Shown one piece after another: positions 36,388-45,773 of a DNA stretch of 64,000 nucleotides. Each line of letters starts with the position of its first letter. Position 1 is the first letter of the stretch. The stretch lies in the IMG/VR virus record IMGVR_UViG_3300008952_000005, positions 64,001 through 128,000 of that record. The stretch is one strand, 5' to 3'. A program made the translations under genes and the position numbers. The notes beneath the pieces were generated by a model, which was given only the letters and a program-made list of their open reading frames with translations, searched no databases and was not told the origin of the DNA. Origin of the DNA: a virus.

Positions 36388-37124
36388 TCTGGACTATTTG
36401 GTTGGTATTTTCTTTTACCTTTTCTATGGTCTATATATGGATTAATAAACGTATCTCTTGCCATTATATGTCCATTTCCACCATCCCCTAGTGGTTTTTC
36501 ACTATACCTGGGATCGTTTTTAAACATTTGCCTAGTACCGTCCAATGTATGGCAATCTGTCCAAAAATTCTTTCCTAATTTCTTTATTGAATATACTTTA
36601 TCTGTTACATACCAATTTTTATATGCTTGAAAAAAATCATTGGCTACAAGACTTGAATTATTAAATGCAACAAAACCTGTTTCTGTATATTGATTTGGTC
36701 TATTATAAAATGATAAAAATGTTAACATTGGTAAACATTGCTGCCACCAAAGACGTGGTATTGTGTCCATAAACTTACAATCACTATCTACATAAAATAT
36801 TTTATCTGACCAAGCTCTTGCTGCCGATTGAGCAAATACTTTATAACTAAATCTTATCGCTTGTTCATAAAAATTATTTGCTACTCTATGTTTATTTCTT
36901 TTAATAAAATCTTTTAAATCTGGTTCAAAATCAAATATATTTTCATACTTTACTTTGTCTACTTTAGGATATAAACTTGGACTATCTTCAACAAAAACAA
37001 GCATATGTGGTTTTTGATTTGTTGCCTTGTATGAGTCAATTAATTGATGAGCATAATCATCATATAATCTTTTATTAAATGTTGTAACAAATAAGGAACT
37101 GTTATTGCCTAAAGGAATGCTCAT
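36369..37124 (-). CDS. Glycosyltransferase-like protein
   Basis: A.RFSYKVFA, YVDSD (DXD), ETGF..F, H.KG.RK; likely start MSIPLG. Confidence 0.75.
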   Translation of the reverse strand: MSIPLGNNSSLFVTTFNKRLYDDYAHQLIDSYKATNQKPHMLVFVEDSPSLYPKVDKVKYENIFDFEPDLKDFIKRNKHRVANNFYEQAIRFSYKVFAQSAARAWSDKIFYVDSDCKFMDTIPRLWWQQCLPMLTFLSFYNRPNQYTETGFVAFNNSSLVANDFFQAYKNWYVTDKVYSIKKLGKNFWTDCHTLDGTRQMFKNDPRYSEKPLGDGGNGHIMARDTFINPYIDHRKGKRKYQPNSPEWRRNR

Positions 37125-38173
37125 TATATACAATTCTCTGGAGCATCCCAAAGTCTTGGTACTCCTGATTGATGGTCACTACAAAATCTACCAACATCTG
37201 CGTCAACCATTTCTTTCATTAAACTCTCTACATTATGTTTATGTTCCCAACCTAATACTTCTCTTGCCTTACTAGCATCCCCTTGTAATACATCTACCTC
37301 AGCAGGTCTTAAATGTTTCTTATCAGTAGTAATAATTAATTGATTGCCGTCTGTAAAACATTTACCATCTTTCCAATAATGTTTTATATCTTTATAATCT
37401 AATGCCATATCTGCAAATTCCTTTACTGTATGAATTTCACCAGTTGCTAATATATAGTCATCTGGTTTATCGTGTTGTAGCATTTGCCACATACCTCTAA
37501 CAAAATCCTCAGCGTGTCCCCAATCTCTTTTTGCATTTAAATTTCCTAAAACAATTGGTCTTCCTTCTTGCAACCAATGTGCTAAACCTTTTGATATTTT
37601 TCTAGTTACAAAGTCCTCACCTCTATGTGGACTTTCGTGATTAAATAATAAACCACAACAAGCAAACATATCATACGCCTCTCTATAATTAATTGTTATG
37701 TGATGAGCATATAGTTTTGCAACACCATATGGTGACCTCGGCCAAAATTTCGTTGTTTCTTTTTGTGGGGTTTCAAATACTTTTCCATACATTTCACTTG
37801 TACTTGCTTGATAAAATTTTATTTTAGGATTAACTTGTCTTATACTTTCTAGTATTCTCAAAGGACCCATTGCGTCTATTAAAGTAGCAAGTTCTGGTTG
37901 TTTAAATGATAACCATACAAATGATTGAGCAGCTAAATTATAAACTTCATCTGGTTGAGTTTCTTCTATTGCTCTTCTTATATTTGCCTGGTCTATTACG
38001 TCAAGTTCAACAAACTCTATTTGGTCTGTAATACCCATTTCATCTAGTCGCCAATGTTTTGGTGATGTACTTCGTCTTTGTCCACCAAATACTTTATAAC
38101 CTTTTTCTAATAACAATTTAGCAAGATAGGCGCCGTCTTGTCCAGTTATTCCTGTTATTAATGCTCTTTTCAT
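37124..38173 (-). CDS. gmd: GDP-mannose 4,6-dehydratase
   Basis: ALITGITGQDGAYL, YNLAAQSFV, FYQASTSEMYG, PRSPYGVAKLY, LFNHESP.RGE.FVTRKI, RDWGHA. Confidence 0.96.
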   Translation of the reverse strand: MKRALITGITGQDGAYLAKLLLEKGYKVFGGQRRSTSPKHWRLDEMGITDQIEFVELDVIDQANIRRAIEETQPDEVYNLAAQSFVWLSFKQPELATLIDAMGPLRILESIRQVNPKIKFYQASTSEMYGKVFETPQKETTKFWPRSPYGVAKLYAHHITINYREAYDMFACCGLLFNHESPHRGEDFVTRKISKGLAHWLQEGRPIVLGNLNAKRDWGHAEDFVRGMWQMLQHDKPDDYILATGEIHTVKEFADMALDYKDIKHYWKDGKCFTDGNQLIITTDKKHLRPAEVDVLQGDASKAREVLGWEHKHNVESLMKEMVDADVGRFCSDHQSGVPRLWDAPENCI

Positions 38174-38185
38174 TTTACTCCTTAA

Positions 38186-39388
38186 TTAATCCACAATAGG
38201 ATCGTGTGTTAATGTTTCCATTTGTTCTAATCTAGTTACTGGTTTATTAATCAAATCATAAACCATATCAATATTTTCTTTTAAATCTCTTATATCATTT
38301 CCTATAAACAAACCATTTTCGTGTATGTAATCTGCATTTGGACAACTATTATTATAATAATCAAGATAATCTATTACAGGATTGTTCATAAAATTACCTG
38401 CAACAATAGGTCTACACTCTACTTCTGCTTCAGTAAGTCTATTAACAATTACATCACGCCAACCATATAATTCTTTTTGTAATACCATTGAGAAACCAAA
38501 CCAACTTGATTCTCCTATTTCTTTCTGTAATAAAATATTTGGATTATCTTTAAATTTATGTTGAAAATATTTTGCATTACGAATTCTTTGTGTTCTCATT
38601 TCAGATTCTTTTTTAAGTTGTACACTACCAATTGCACCACTCATTTCTAATGGTCTAACACTATATCCTGGAGTTACAAACGTAAAACTATCTTTAAACT
38701 TATCACCTGTCTTTTTATAAATCTTATTGTCATCTGGTAAATCTCGGCACCAACCGTGTGCTCTTAATGACCTTAAATAATCTGCGTCATCTTTATCTCT
38801 ACAAGCAATCATTCCACCTTCCATTGTTTGTAAATGGTGTGAAAAGAAAAATGAAAAACTACCCATTTGACCAAACGTTCCACAAAACTCATAATTATAT
38901 GTCTTCGCACCTAAACTCTCACAATTGTCCTCTAATAATATAAGGTTACGTTCTCTTGCAATATGATATAATGAATAGTGGTCACAAGAGTTACCTAAAA
39001 GATTAACTGCAAATATAGCACAAGTATCCTCATTAATTGCTTCTCTAACTTTATTAGGGTCTATATTTAAAGTTTCTCTATCTACATCTACAAAATTTAA
39101 TTTAAAACCGTATTGTTGTAATGGAAAGAAAGTTGTTGACCAAGATACAGCAGGCACAATTATATTACCACCTCTTTTATATTTTAATTTTAATAATGCA
39201 ATCATTAATAGATTGGCAGTTGAACCACTATTAACCATAACTGCGTCTGTACATCTAAAATATTTGGCAAACTCTTGCTCAAACTTCTTGACGTGTGGAC
39301 CCATTGTATATCGCCCACTTTTTATGACTTCCTGTATTGCGTATAATTCTTTATGATCCCAAGTATCACAAGCTAATGGATATTTCAT
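38186..39388 (-). CDS. colD: ColD-type GDP-4-keto-6-deoxymannose 3-dehydratase (DegT/DnrJ family)
   Basis: NSGS.ANLL, EDNCESLGA, SFSFFFSHHLQTMEGG with His where DegT aminotransferases have the PLP Lys. Confidence 0.78.
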   Translation of the reverse strand: MKYPLACDTWDHKELYAIQEVIKSGRYTMGPHVKKFEQEFAKYFRCTDAVMVNSGSTANLLMIALLKLKYKRGGNIIVPAVSWSTTFFPLQQYGFKLNFVDVDRETLNIDPNKVREAINEDTCAIFAVNLLGNSCDHYSLYHIARERNLILLEDNCESLGAKTYNYEFCGTFGQMGSFSFFFSHHLQTMEGGMIACRDKDDADYLRSLRAHGWCRDLPDDNKIYKKTGDKFKDSFTFVTPGYSVRPLEMSGAIGSVQLKKESEMRTQRIRNAKYFQHKFKDNPNILLQKEIGESSWFGFSMVLQKELYGWRDVIVNRLTEAEVECRPIVAGNFMNNPVIDYLDYYNNSCPNADYIHENGLFIGNDIRDLKENIDMVYDLINKPVTRLEQMETLTHDPIVD

Positions 39389-39396
39389 AATTTTCC

Positions 39397-41223
39397 TTAT
39401 ATATTCATCTTAAAAACCTTGTACCAAATCGCAAATGCCATTATAGTAAATAGTTCTTTTTGTGAGCGTTGACCAATATTAGGTAATATTTTCTTTTCTC
39501 CAGCTTTATTTAAACCTTTTGACCAACTTTCTCTTTTATTACACATATATTTATCATCTATTTCGGACTGGTTATATTCAAATATTTCTTGCATTTCTTT
39601 ATTTGATAGTACAGTTCTAATATAATCTTTTAATATGTTATTATCATCAGCTCGTTTGCTAAGTCTACCTACAATAAATTCATCTGTAGGAAATCTCCAA
39701 CCAGTTTTCTCTCTCTCTAATATTTTTAATGGTAATCTTTTATAATATGCTGTCTTTAATAGTGGTTTATTATAATATGCCCAATTATCTTCCATAAAAT
39801 TCTTGTTGATTTTATGTTCACTAGGGATACTTCGTATATAATCTCTAAAAGTTTTATTCATAAAAGGAAATCTTCCTTCTAAACTAAATCTCATACCTAA
39901 CTTATCATTTCTCATTAAAAAATCTTCTGATAATGTATTTAAACACTCAATGAACATAAAATCATTTCTTTCATCACCTTGCAAACCACCTTTTGGAAAC
40001 CAACTATCAAGATACTCTAATTGTTCTTCGTGTGTTGCCCATAGTTCTTTATTTTTTAATTCTCTATGATTAGCACATAATGCTTTTAACTTCGTTGCCC
40101 AATCTGGTTGTCTATGATGTTTATAACCACATAACAATTCATCTCCACCATCACCACTTAAAGTTACCGTTATACCTTGTTTCTTTATATATTCATTAAC
40201 TCCAAAATATACAGGTAAACTTTTACTTTGTCTAGGTTCTTCTAATGCTAACGCTGTATTTTCCCAATTATCTGTAAAATATTGTTGATTAATATATAGT
40301 TCTCTATGTTCACCACCATATGTTGCTGACATTTCTTTTGCCAATATACAATCTTCGTTAGACCTTGATTTCCAATCATAAGTTTCAAATTTTGAACTAA
40401 ATGTTTTTGGTTTTGTTTGCCACAATTTTGACATTTCATAACAAATAGCCGTACTATCAATACCACCACTTAAAAACAATCCAATTTCTCTACGACCCAT
40501 TAAGGTTTCTTTTACTGCCTGGTGTAATCTATTTCTAACTTCTTCTTTAATTTTACCTACATTTTTAACATTTCTTAACCCTATTTGTCTATTATTAATA
40601 TTAGTAGAAATTTTAGCACTAGTTACTACGTTCATCTTAACAACTTCACCTGGTACTAATTTTTTAATACCTTTAAACAATGTCAAATAACCAGAATTAT
40701 ATCCTTGTTTATAATACTGTTTGAATGCCTCTTTATCTACTTTTCTTTCAAATCCTAATGTTAATAAACTTTTAATCTCGGATGAAAAAGCAAACTTACC
40801 ATTTATATAACCATAATAAAGAGGTTTAGTTCCATTACTATCTCTGGCAATAATTAATTCTTTTGTCTTCTTATTATAGCAAGCAAATGCAAACATTCCA
40901 TCTAATTTTTCTATAAATGATATGCCATATCTTTCTAAACCTAACATTAAAACTTCCGTATCTGTATTAGTTTTAAGTTTAAATTCTTTACCTAGTTCTT
41001 TGTAATTGTATATCTCACCATTATATACTAACACCCTATCGTTATGAATCCAAGGTTGTTTTGAGTTTTCTGTAGTGTCTATGATTGATAATAAATTATG
41101 ACCTAAAGTAATATCTTCATCTTGCCAATGTCCATTACCATCAGGTCCTCTATGATGTGCTTCGCACAACATTTCTTTTATCAAACTAGTTGATGACCAT
41201 AATATTCCGTGTATCGCACACAT
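39397..41223 (-). CDS. asnB: Asparagine synthase (glutamine-hydrolysing)-like amidotransferase
   Basis: N-terminal MCAIHG, HRGPD, LVYNGEIYN, TDTEV, LSGGIDS, LSGDGGDEL.GY, DK.GM..SLE.R.PF. Confidence 0.9.
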   Translation of the reverse strand: MCAIHGILWSSTSLIKEMLCEAHHRGPDGNGHWQDEDITLGHNLLSIIDTTENSKQPWIHNDRVLVYNGEIYNYKELGKEFKLKTNTDTEVLMLGLERYGISFIEKLDGMFAFACYNKKTKELIIARDSNGTKPLYYGYINGKFAFSSEIKSLLTLGFERKVDKEAFKQYYKQGYNSGYLTLFKGIKKLVPGEVVKMNVVTSAKISTNINNRQIGLRNVKNVGKIKEEVRNRLHQAVKETLMGRREIGLFLSGGIDSTAICYEMSKLWQTKPKTFSSKFETYDWKSRSNEDCILAKEMSATYGGEHRELYINQQYFTDNWENTALALEEPRQSKSLPVYFGVNEYIKKQGITVTLSGDGGDELLCGYKHHRQPDWATKLKALCANHRELKNKELWATHEEQLEYLDSWFPKGGLQGDERNDFMFIECLNTLSEDFLMRNDKLGMRFSLEGRFPFMNKTFRDYIRSIPSEHKINKNFMEDNWAYYNKPLLKTAYYKRLPLKILEREKTGWRFPTDEFIVGRLSKRADDNNILKDYIRTVLSNKEMQEIFEYNQSEIDDKYMCNKRESWSKGLNKAGEKKILPNIGQRSQKELFTIMAFAIWYKVFKMNI

Positions 41224-41225
41224 AA

Positions 41226-42281
41226 TTATCTTTGTAATAACTCCTTTATATAAGGTATAATCAAGTGTGAATTAAATTCTGTCATAGAAAATTCTGTATG
41301 AGATACCATTTTATACCAATTTAAAACTTCTAGTGGAGTAGCATAATATATCTTCTCTATCCTATCAATACTAGTATTGTTTAATTCAATTCCAAAATTC
41401 CATTTTGAAGTAATACAAGGTATTCCTAAATTAATAAGTTCAAAAATACTTGTACTTTCTCCTAACACACCACAATAAACTCTATCTACAATAGTTCGTA
41501 ATTTGGTCTCTCTTGGTAAAACTTCAACATCTTTCACCAAATCTTTAACTACAATTTTACTTAATGGGTGTGGTTTAACTATAATTTTTCTATTTGTTGC
41601 TAGTCTAACTCTTTCAACACTAGTTTTAATAAATTCTGGTACAGAAACAGAAGATGTAGGGTCATATTCTAAACCAGGCATAATTAAAACTGCACCATCT
41701 TTATTATTTTTCCATTGATGTGGTTCTATATTCTGCAACTTTATATTATTTTTCTTTTCAGTTCTTTCAATCATAGTATGTAATCTTGATGGTTTTGAAT
41801 TATCAACTTTACACCATTTAGTTCTTCCATATGTCCAATGACCTAACCCCATACGATAATATCTTGGACCTGTATTTTTATACCAAGAATCTATGTAATT
41901 ACATTTTATTCTTGATAATGTAGCACTTTCAGTTACAATAACTTTTTTATTATACATCTTTGCTAGTTCTTGAACAAAGACATTTATAAATTCCATTCTT
42001 GCACTTCTAACTCCTGTGCTTGGTCTTCCGTGGGCTAGTTTACTATCTTCAGCATAAATTTTATCTGGTTTCCATTGTCTTGCTGGATTTGTACTACCCC
42101 AAGTACCATCAACTAGATAAGCGTCAGCATTTTTTATCCAATATAAATCTTCTAAAGATATTGGTTTATCTTTTACTTCAGAAACTCTATGTACTGACAT
42201 ATCAGATTGTGGATTAGAATTAATAACTCCACATATTGCTGCCAATGCATTACCTGATCCAAAAGCTACTATCTTTTTCAT
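41226..42281 (-). CDS. Capsular-polysaccharide-synthesis-like protein
   Basis: VLI.P, T.RKIIVKPHP, GVL.ESTS..E....GIP. Confidence 0.55.
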   Translation of the reverse strand: MKKIVAFGSGNALAAICGVINSNPQSDMSVHRVSEVKDKPISLEDLYWIKNADAYLVDGTWGSTNPARQWKPDKIYAEDSKLAHGRPSTGVRSARMEFINVFVQELAKMYNKKVIVTESATLSRIKCNYIDSWYKNTGPRYYRMGLGHWTYGRTKWCKVDNSKPSRLHTMIERTEKKNNIKLQNIEPHQWKNNKDGAVLIMPGLEYDPTSSVSVPEFIKTSVERVRLATNRKIIVKPHPLSKIVVKDLVKDVEVLPRETKLRTIVDRVYCGVLGESTSIFELINLGIPCITSKWNFGIELNNTSIDRIEKIYYATPLEVLNWYKMVSHTEFSMTEFNSHLIIPYIKELLQR

Positions 42282-42287
42282 TAATCT

Positions 42288-42605
42288 TTATTCATTTTTC
42301 ACATTATAAAACGTATATTTAACTGTTAATTCTTCCCACGCTTTTATAGGTCGTTCAGTATATAAAAAATACTTATTATAATTTTCAACATCTTTAAGTC
42401 CTAATTCACCTCTCACCTTTATACAGTTTGGTTTATCACTATGATTAATATGACCACCTAAAGGTGTTCTTATAAGTTCATCATTAACAACAATATGACA
42501 TAAACCTAACTTTACATCTTTCTCAATAAACTTTGTTGTAAATAATCCTTGACCTTCTATAGAAGATTTTTTAATTATTAATCCGTCTGGTAATGGTTTA
42601 TACAT
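42288..42605 (-). CDS. Minimal SET-domain protein (lysine methyltransferase fold)
   Basis: S.IEG.GLF, INHS..PNC, I..WEELTVKY. Confidence 0.85.
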   Translation of the reverse strand: MYKPLPDGLIIKKSSIEGQGLFTTKFIEKDVKLGLCHIVVNDELIRTPLGGHINHSDKPNCIKVRGELGLKDVENYNKYFLYTERPIKAWEELTVKYTFYNVKNE

Positions 42606-43254
42606 TTGTATCTCCTAGATGTAAATAAGACATCATAACATATTTTGGTCCACTAATTGGTTTTAATCCAGCGTGTGGATGAGTCCAAAAAGGTGGAAAC
42701 ATTAACAATCTTCCTGCTCTTGGTGCAATCTTTATTTCTTGTTTTATTAAATGTGTTTCACCGCCTTCTTCAACATCATTAAGATATAAAATAAAAACTA
42801 AAAATCTTTTTGATGAAGGACCTTTAGAACGGAGTACATCAACGTGGATTTTAAATTCATCTTTATCATTAGGTAAATACTTTTTTATTCTTATATTTTC
42901 TCTATCAATTACTGGTGGAAAATCTCCTTTATCACGTATATTCAAATTTTTCTTAAATCTATCTGTATATAATTCCATCATTTGTATAAATTTGGTTTTA
43001 GTTTCTATCCAAAAATTTGGATTAGAAGATGTATCTAAATCAATTTCAGTAAATTCTTTATTACCAGTTTTAAATGCTTCTACTTGGGATTTATCCTTAT
43101 GAGATATCTGTTCAAACTGTTTAATAAACAAGTTACACTCGTCAACTGGCATTGCCCAATTATACACCATCATATTATTCCTAGCAAATTCATCCATTGT
43201 TTCCTTTGGCAAATCTTTTAATCTAGTTTTTATTCCTAATGCTTTATTGTCCAT
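42598..43254 (-). CDS. 2OG-Fe(II) oxygenase, prolyl-4-hydroxylase-like
   Basis: HVD, R.L..ILYLNDVEEGGET, P.AGRLLMFP..WTHPH.G..P..G.KY. Confidence 0.88.
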   Translation of the reverse strand: MDNKALGIKTRLKDLPKETMDEFARNNMMVYNWAMPVDECNLFIKQFEQISHKDKSQVEAFKTGNKEFTEIDLDTSSNPNFWIETKTKFIQMMELYTDRFKKNLNIRDKGDFPPVIDRENIRIKKYLPNDKDEFKIHVDVLRSKGPSSKRFLVFILYLNDVEEGGETHLIKQEIKIAPRAGRLLMFPPFWTHPHAGLKPISGPKYVMMSYLHLGDTNV

Positions 43255-43654
43255 AACTACTCGGTGCCATAAATGTTCGTCTAACTATTGCTGCTTGTTC
43301 ATCTTTAGTTTTAACATAATATCCTTCAATATGTGTGTATCCATTTTCTTTTGCCCAATACACTCTCTTGTTGCCTGTATGTACTGCAATACCAGGTATA
43401 GGAATTCCTGAATATGCGTCCTTCGGCCATCTTTTTTCTACTAACCAATAATACTTCATATTAGTATATATGATTGGATACATCATACCTATCCTATCTA
43501 TACTTTTCTTAAATTTAGGATATCTTTTCATCATCCAATCATTATCAGCAGTTAACATTAAATCTTTTAATGGTACTTCTACTACTCTTGGAGTTACACC
43601 TACTAAAGGTTCATCTTTACAAGTAACTCTTTTTTTTGCTTTTAATAATTTCAT
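43244..43654 (-). CDS. Hypothetical protein (ParB-like/Srx motif)
   Basis: SI...GM.YPI, GNKR...A...GYTHI. Confidence 0.55.
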   Translation of the reverse strand: MKLLKAKKRVTCKDEPLVGVTPRVVEVPLKDLMLTADNDWMMKRYPKFKKSIDRIGMMYPIIYTNMKYYWLVEKRWPKDAYSGIPIPGIAVHTGNKRVYWAKENGYTHIEGYYVKTKDEQAAIVRRTFMAPSSYGQ

Positions 43655-43968
43655 ACTTGTAATTCAAAAACATCAAATTCAATGCCTTCTAACTCTTTTG
43701 GTTTACCTTTAGGATAAGTCGGCCAAAGTTGGAATTCTTCTCCAGTTGTATCACTTTTACAACCTGCAACTAACCAATCCCATTTAAATTCTCCGTCTAT
43801 AACAAACTCGTTCATCACTTCATATCTTCCATCTGGTTTTTGTAAAAGTAATTCTTTTTTACATTCTTCCATATTTTTATACCAACCTTCCATTTGGAAA
43901 GTTTGTTGTGTTTCTATTGGACTATGACCAATTAGATATGCTAATATTAATATTTTAAAGTCGCCCAT
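43651..43968 (-). CDS. Hypothetical protein
   Basis: 105 aa, hydrophobic N-terminus. Confidence 0.55.
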   Translation of the reverse strand: MGDFKILILAYLIGHSPIETQQTFQMEGWYKNMEECKKELLLQKPDGRYEVMNEFVIDGEFKWDWLVAGCKSDTTGEEFQLWPTYPKGKPKELEGIEFDVFELQV

Positions 43969-44497
43969 AATTTGCCTTTGCTATATACCAACTATCAACT
44001 ATATCTGATACTGGATTACCTGCCTTTGCTGTGTCTAATAACTTCTTTAAATCTGTTTTTGTATCTTTACAAAATTGTTCGTACATCATTTCTTTATCTG
44101 CATTACCTTTACCTGTAGCAAATTTCTTAACAACACTTGGTACAATAACATTATATTTCCATTTTTGTTCTAATAATCTATATTTAAGTATACCACAATT
44201 TTCCGCTATTTGAAATAGTGCTTGACCTTTAGAACCATAAGAATAGTTTTCTATTGCTATTGTAATCCCACCAGGTTGATATAAACGTAAAACTTTTAAA
44301 ACCCAATCAGAAATTTGAGTAAATCTTTGTATAGGGTCTGTCCACGGTTGATGTTCAGAACCAGTTATATTTCCAAATATACCTAAATGTTTTTTCTTAT
44401 TAGTAAGAAAATAGAAACGGCTATGTTCAAACGTAAAGTCTTCTGTTACACATATAGCAGGACTTGTTAAACTATAATCAATCCCAACGTGTTTCAT
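43955..44497 (-). CDS. RuvC-like/RNase H-fold nuclease
   Basis: Likely start MKHVGIDYSLTSPA; IAIE.YS, VKK.ATGKGNA.K, D.VD...IA. Confidence 0.8.
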   Translation of the reverse strand: MKHVGIDYSLTSPAICVTEDFTFEHSRFYFLTNKKKHLGIFGNITGSEHQPWTDPIQRFTQISDWVLKVLRLYQPGGITIAIENYSYGSKGQALFQIAENCGILKYRLLEQKWKYNVIVPSVVKKFATGKGNADKEMMYEQFCKDTKTDLKKLLDTAKAGNPVSDIVDSWYIAKANYGRL

Positions 44498-44660
44498 CTT
44501 CTTCTCCAATCTCATCTTCTTCATCATCCAATTCATAACTACAAAATGGACACGACATAGGTTTCATATCTGTTTCTTCATCATTATAATTAATTGTAAA
44601 TTCAGTCTTACAGTTGCCACAAGTGGTCTTAAATTTCTTTGTTAACTCATTTAACTCCAT
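44478..44660 (-). CDS. Small zinc-ribbon protein
   Basis: CGNC...CPFC and acidic tail. Confidence 0.7.
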   Translation of the reverse strand: MELNELTKKFKTTCGNCKTEFTINYNDEETDMKPMSCPFCSYELDDEEDEIGEEDETRWD

Positions 44661-44669
44661 AATAAACTT

Positions 44670-45773
44670 TTACAATTTAAATTTCTTGAATTGATCCTTC
44701 TGTACGTCTTGTTTAATTCCACCTATAACATAACTTTCAATTTCGGTCTCCTGTGGTGCATTTTGTAATGACCTACTATTTAACCAATGGTCAACCCAAG
44801 GTAATGGATTTGTTTTCTGGTCGTATCTTGGTTCTAATCCTATTGCTCTCATACGTCTATTTGCCATATACTCTACAAATTGATGTAATAGTTTTTCTGA
44901 TAATCCTATCATAGAACCTTTTGAGAACAAATAAGTTGCCCAACGCTTCTCTTGTCCAACTGCATTTTCATACATTGTATAAACTTCTTTTTCTGTATCT
45001 CTCATTACCTTATTCATAATTTTATCATTTTCATTATCACGATAGTTATTAAGTATTCTTTGTGTTATTGATAAATGCAAAGTTTCATCCCTTGCAATTA
45101 AAGAAAGTATTTTAGCAGAACCTTCTAACAACTTTAATTCTCCAAATGCAAACGAACAAGCAAAAGAAACATAAAATCTTAATCCTTCTAATATATTAAC
45201 AGTCATCAATGTTAAATATAATTTCTTTTTCAACTCATACATATCAACACTATCTGGTTGTAATTGCCATTTATAACCTAAATTAATCATATCATCATAT
45301 CTACTTGTTATACTCATTGCCCTTTTCTCAATTTTCTCATCTGTAATTATAGTATCAAAAACTTCACTAGGATTTGAATATAAGTTCTTTATAATGTATG
45401 TATATGAGTGTGAGTGTATGTTTTCAAAGAAGTCCCAAGCAATAATACAACTCTCTAATTCAGGTATAGATACAAATGGTAAAAATGCCAAACAAGGACC
45501 ACGTCCTTGCACACTATCCATCATTGTTTGATATTTTAAATTAGATGTAAATATAAATTTACTTGGTTCATTTAATTCTTTAAAATCTGATATATCTTTT
45601 TGTAAAGATACTTCTTCTGGTCTCCAAAAATAACCTAATTGTTGTTGAAACAGTTTATTAAAGATAGGATATTTCATTTCATCATATCTTTGCACCTGTA
45701 AATCTTTACCAAAAAACATAGGTTGTTTGGTATAATCTAACTTCTTATCTATATTAAATACACTTTTAGTCAT
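44670..45773 (-). CDS. nrdB: Class Ia ribonucleotide reductase beta subunit
   Basis: FWRPEE, DSVQGR, E.IHS.SY, ILEG.RFY.SF, RDE.LH, APQE.E. Confidence 0.96.
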   Translation of the reverse strand: MTKSVFNIDKKLDYTKQPMFFGKDLQVQRYDEMKYPIFNKLFQQQLGYFWRPEEVSLQKDISDFKELNEPSKFIFTSNLKYQTMMDSVQGRGPCLAFLPFVSIPELESCIIAWDFFENIHSHSYTYIIKNLYSNPSEVFDTIITDEKIEKRAMSITSRYDDMINLGYKWQLQPDSVDMYELKKKLYLTLMTVNILEGLRFYVSFACSFAFGELKLLEGSAKILSLIARDETLHLSITQRILNNYRDNENDKIMNKVMRDTEKEVYTMYENAVGQEKRWATYLFSKGSMIGLSEKLLHQFVEYMANRRMRAIGLEPRYDQKTNPLPWVDHWLNSRSLQNAPQETEIESYVIGGIKQDVQKDQFKKFKL

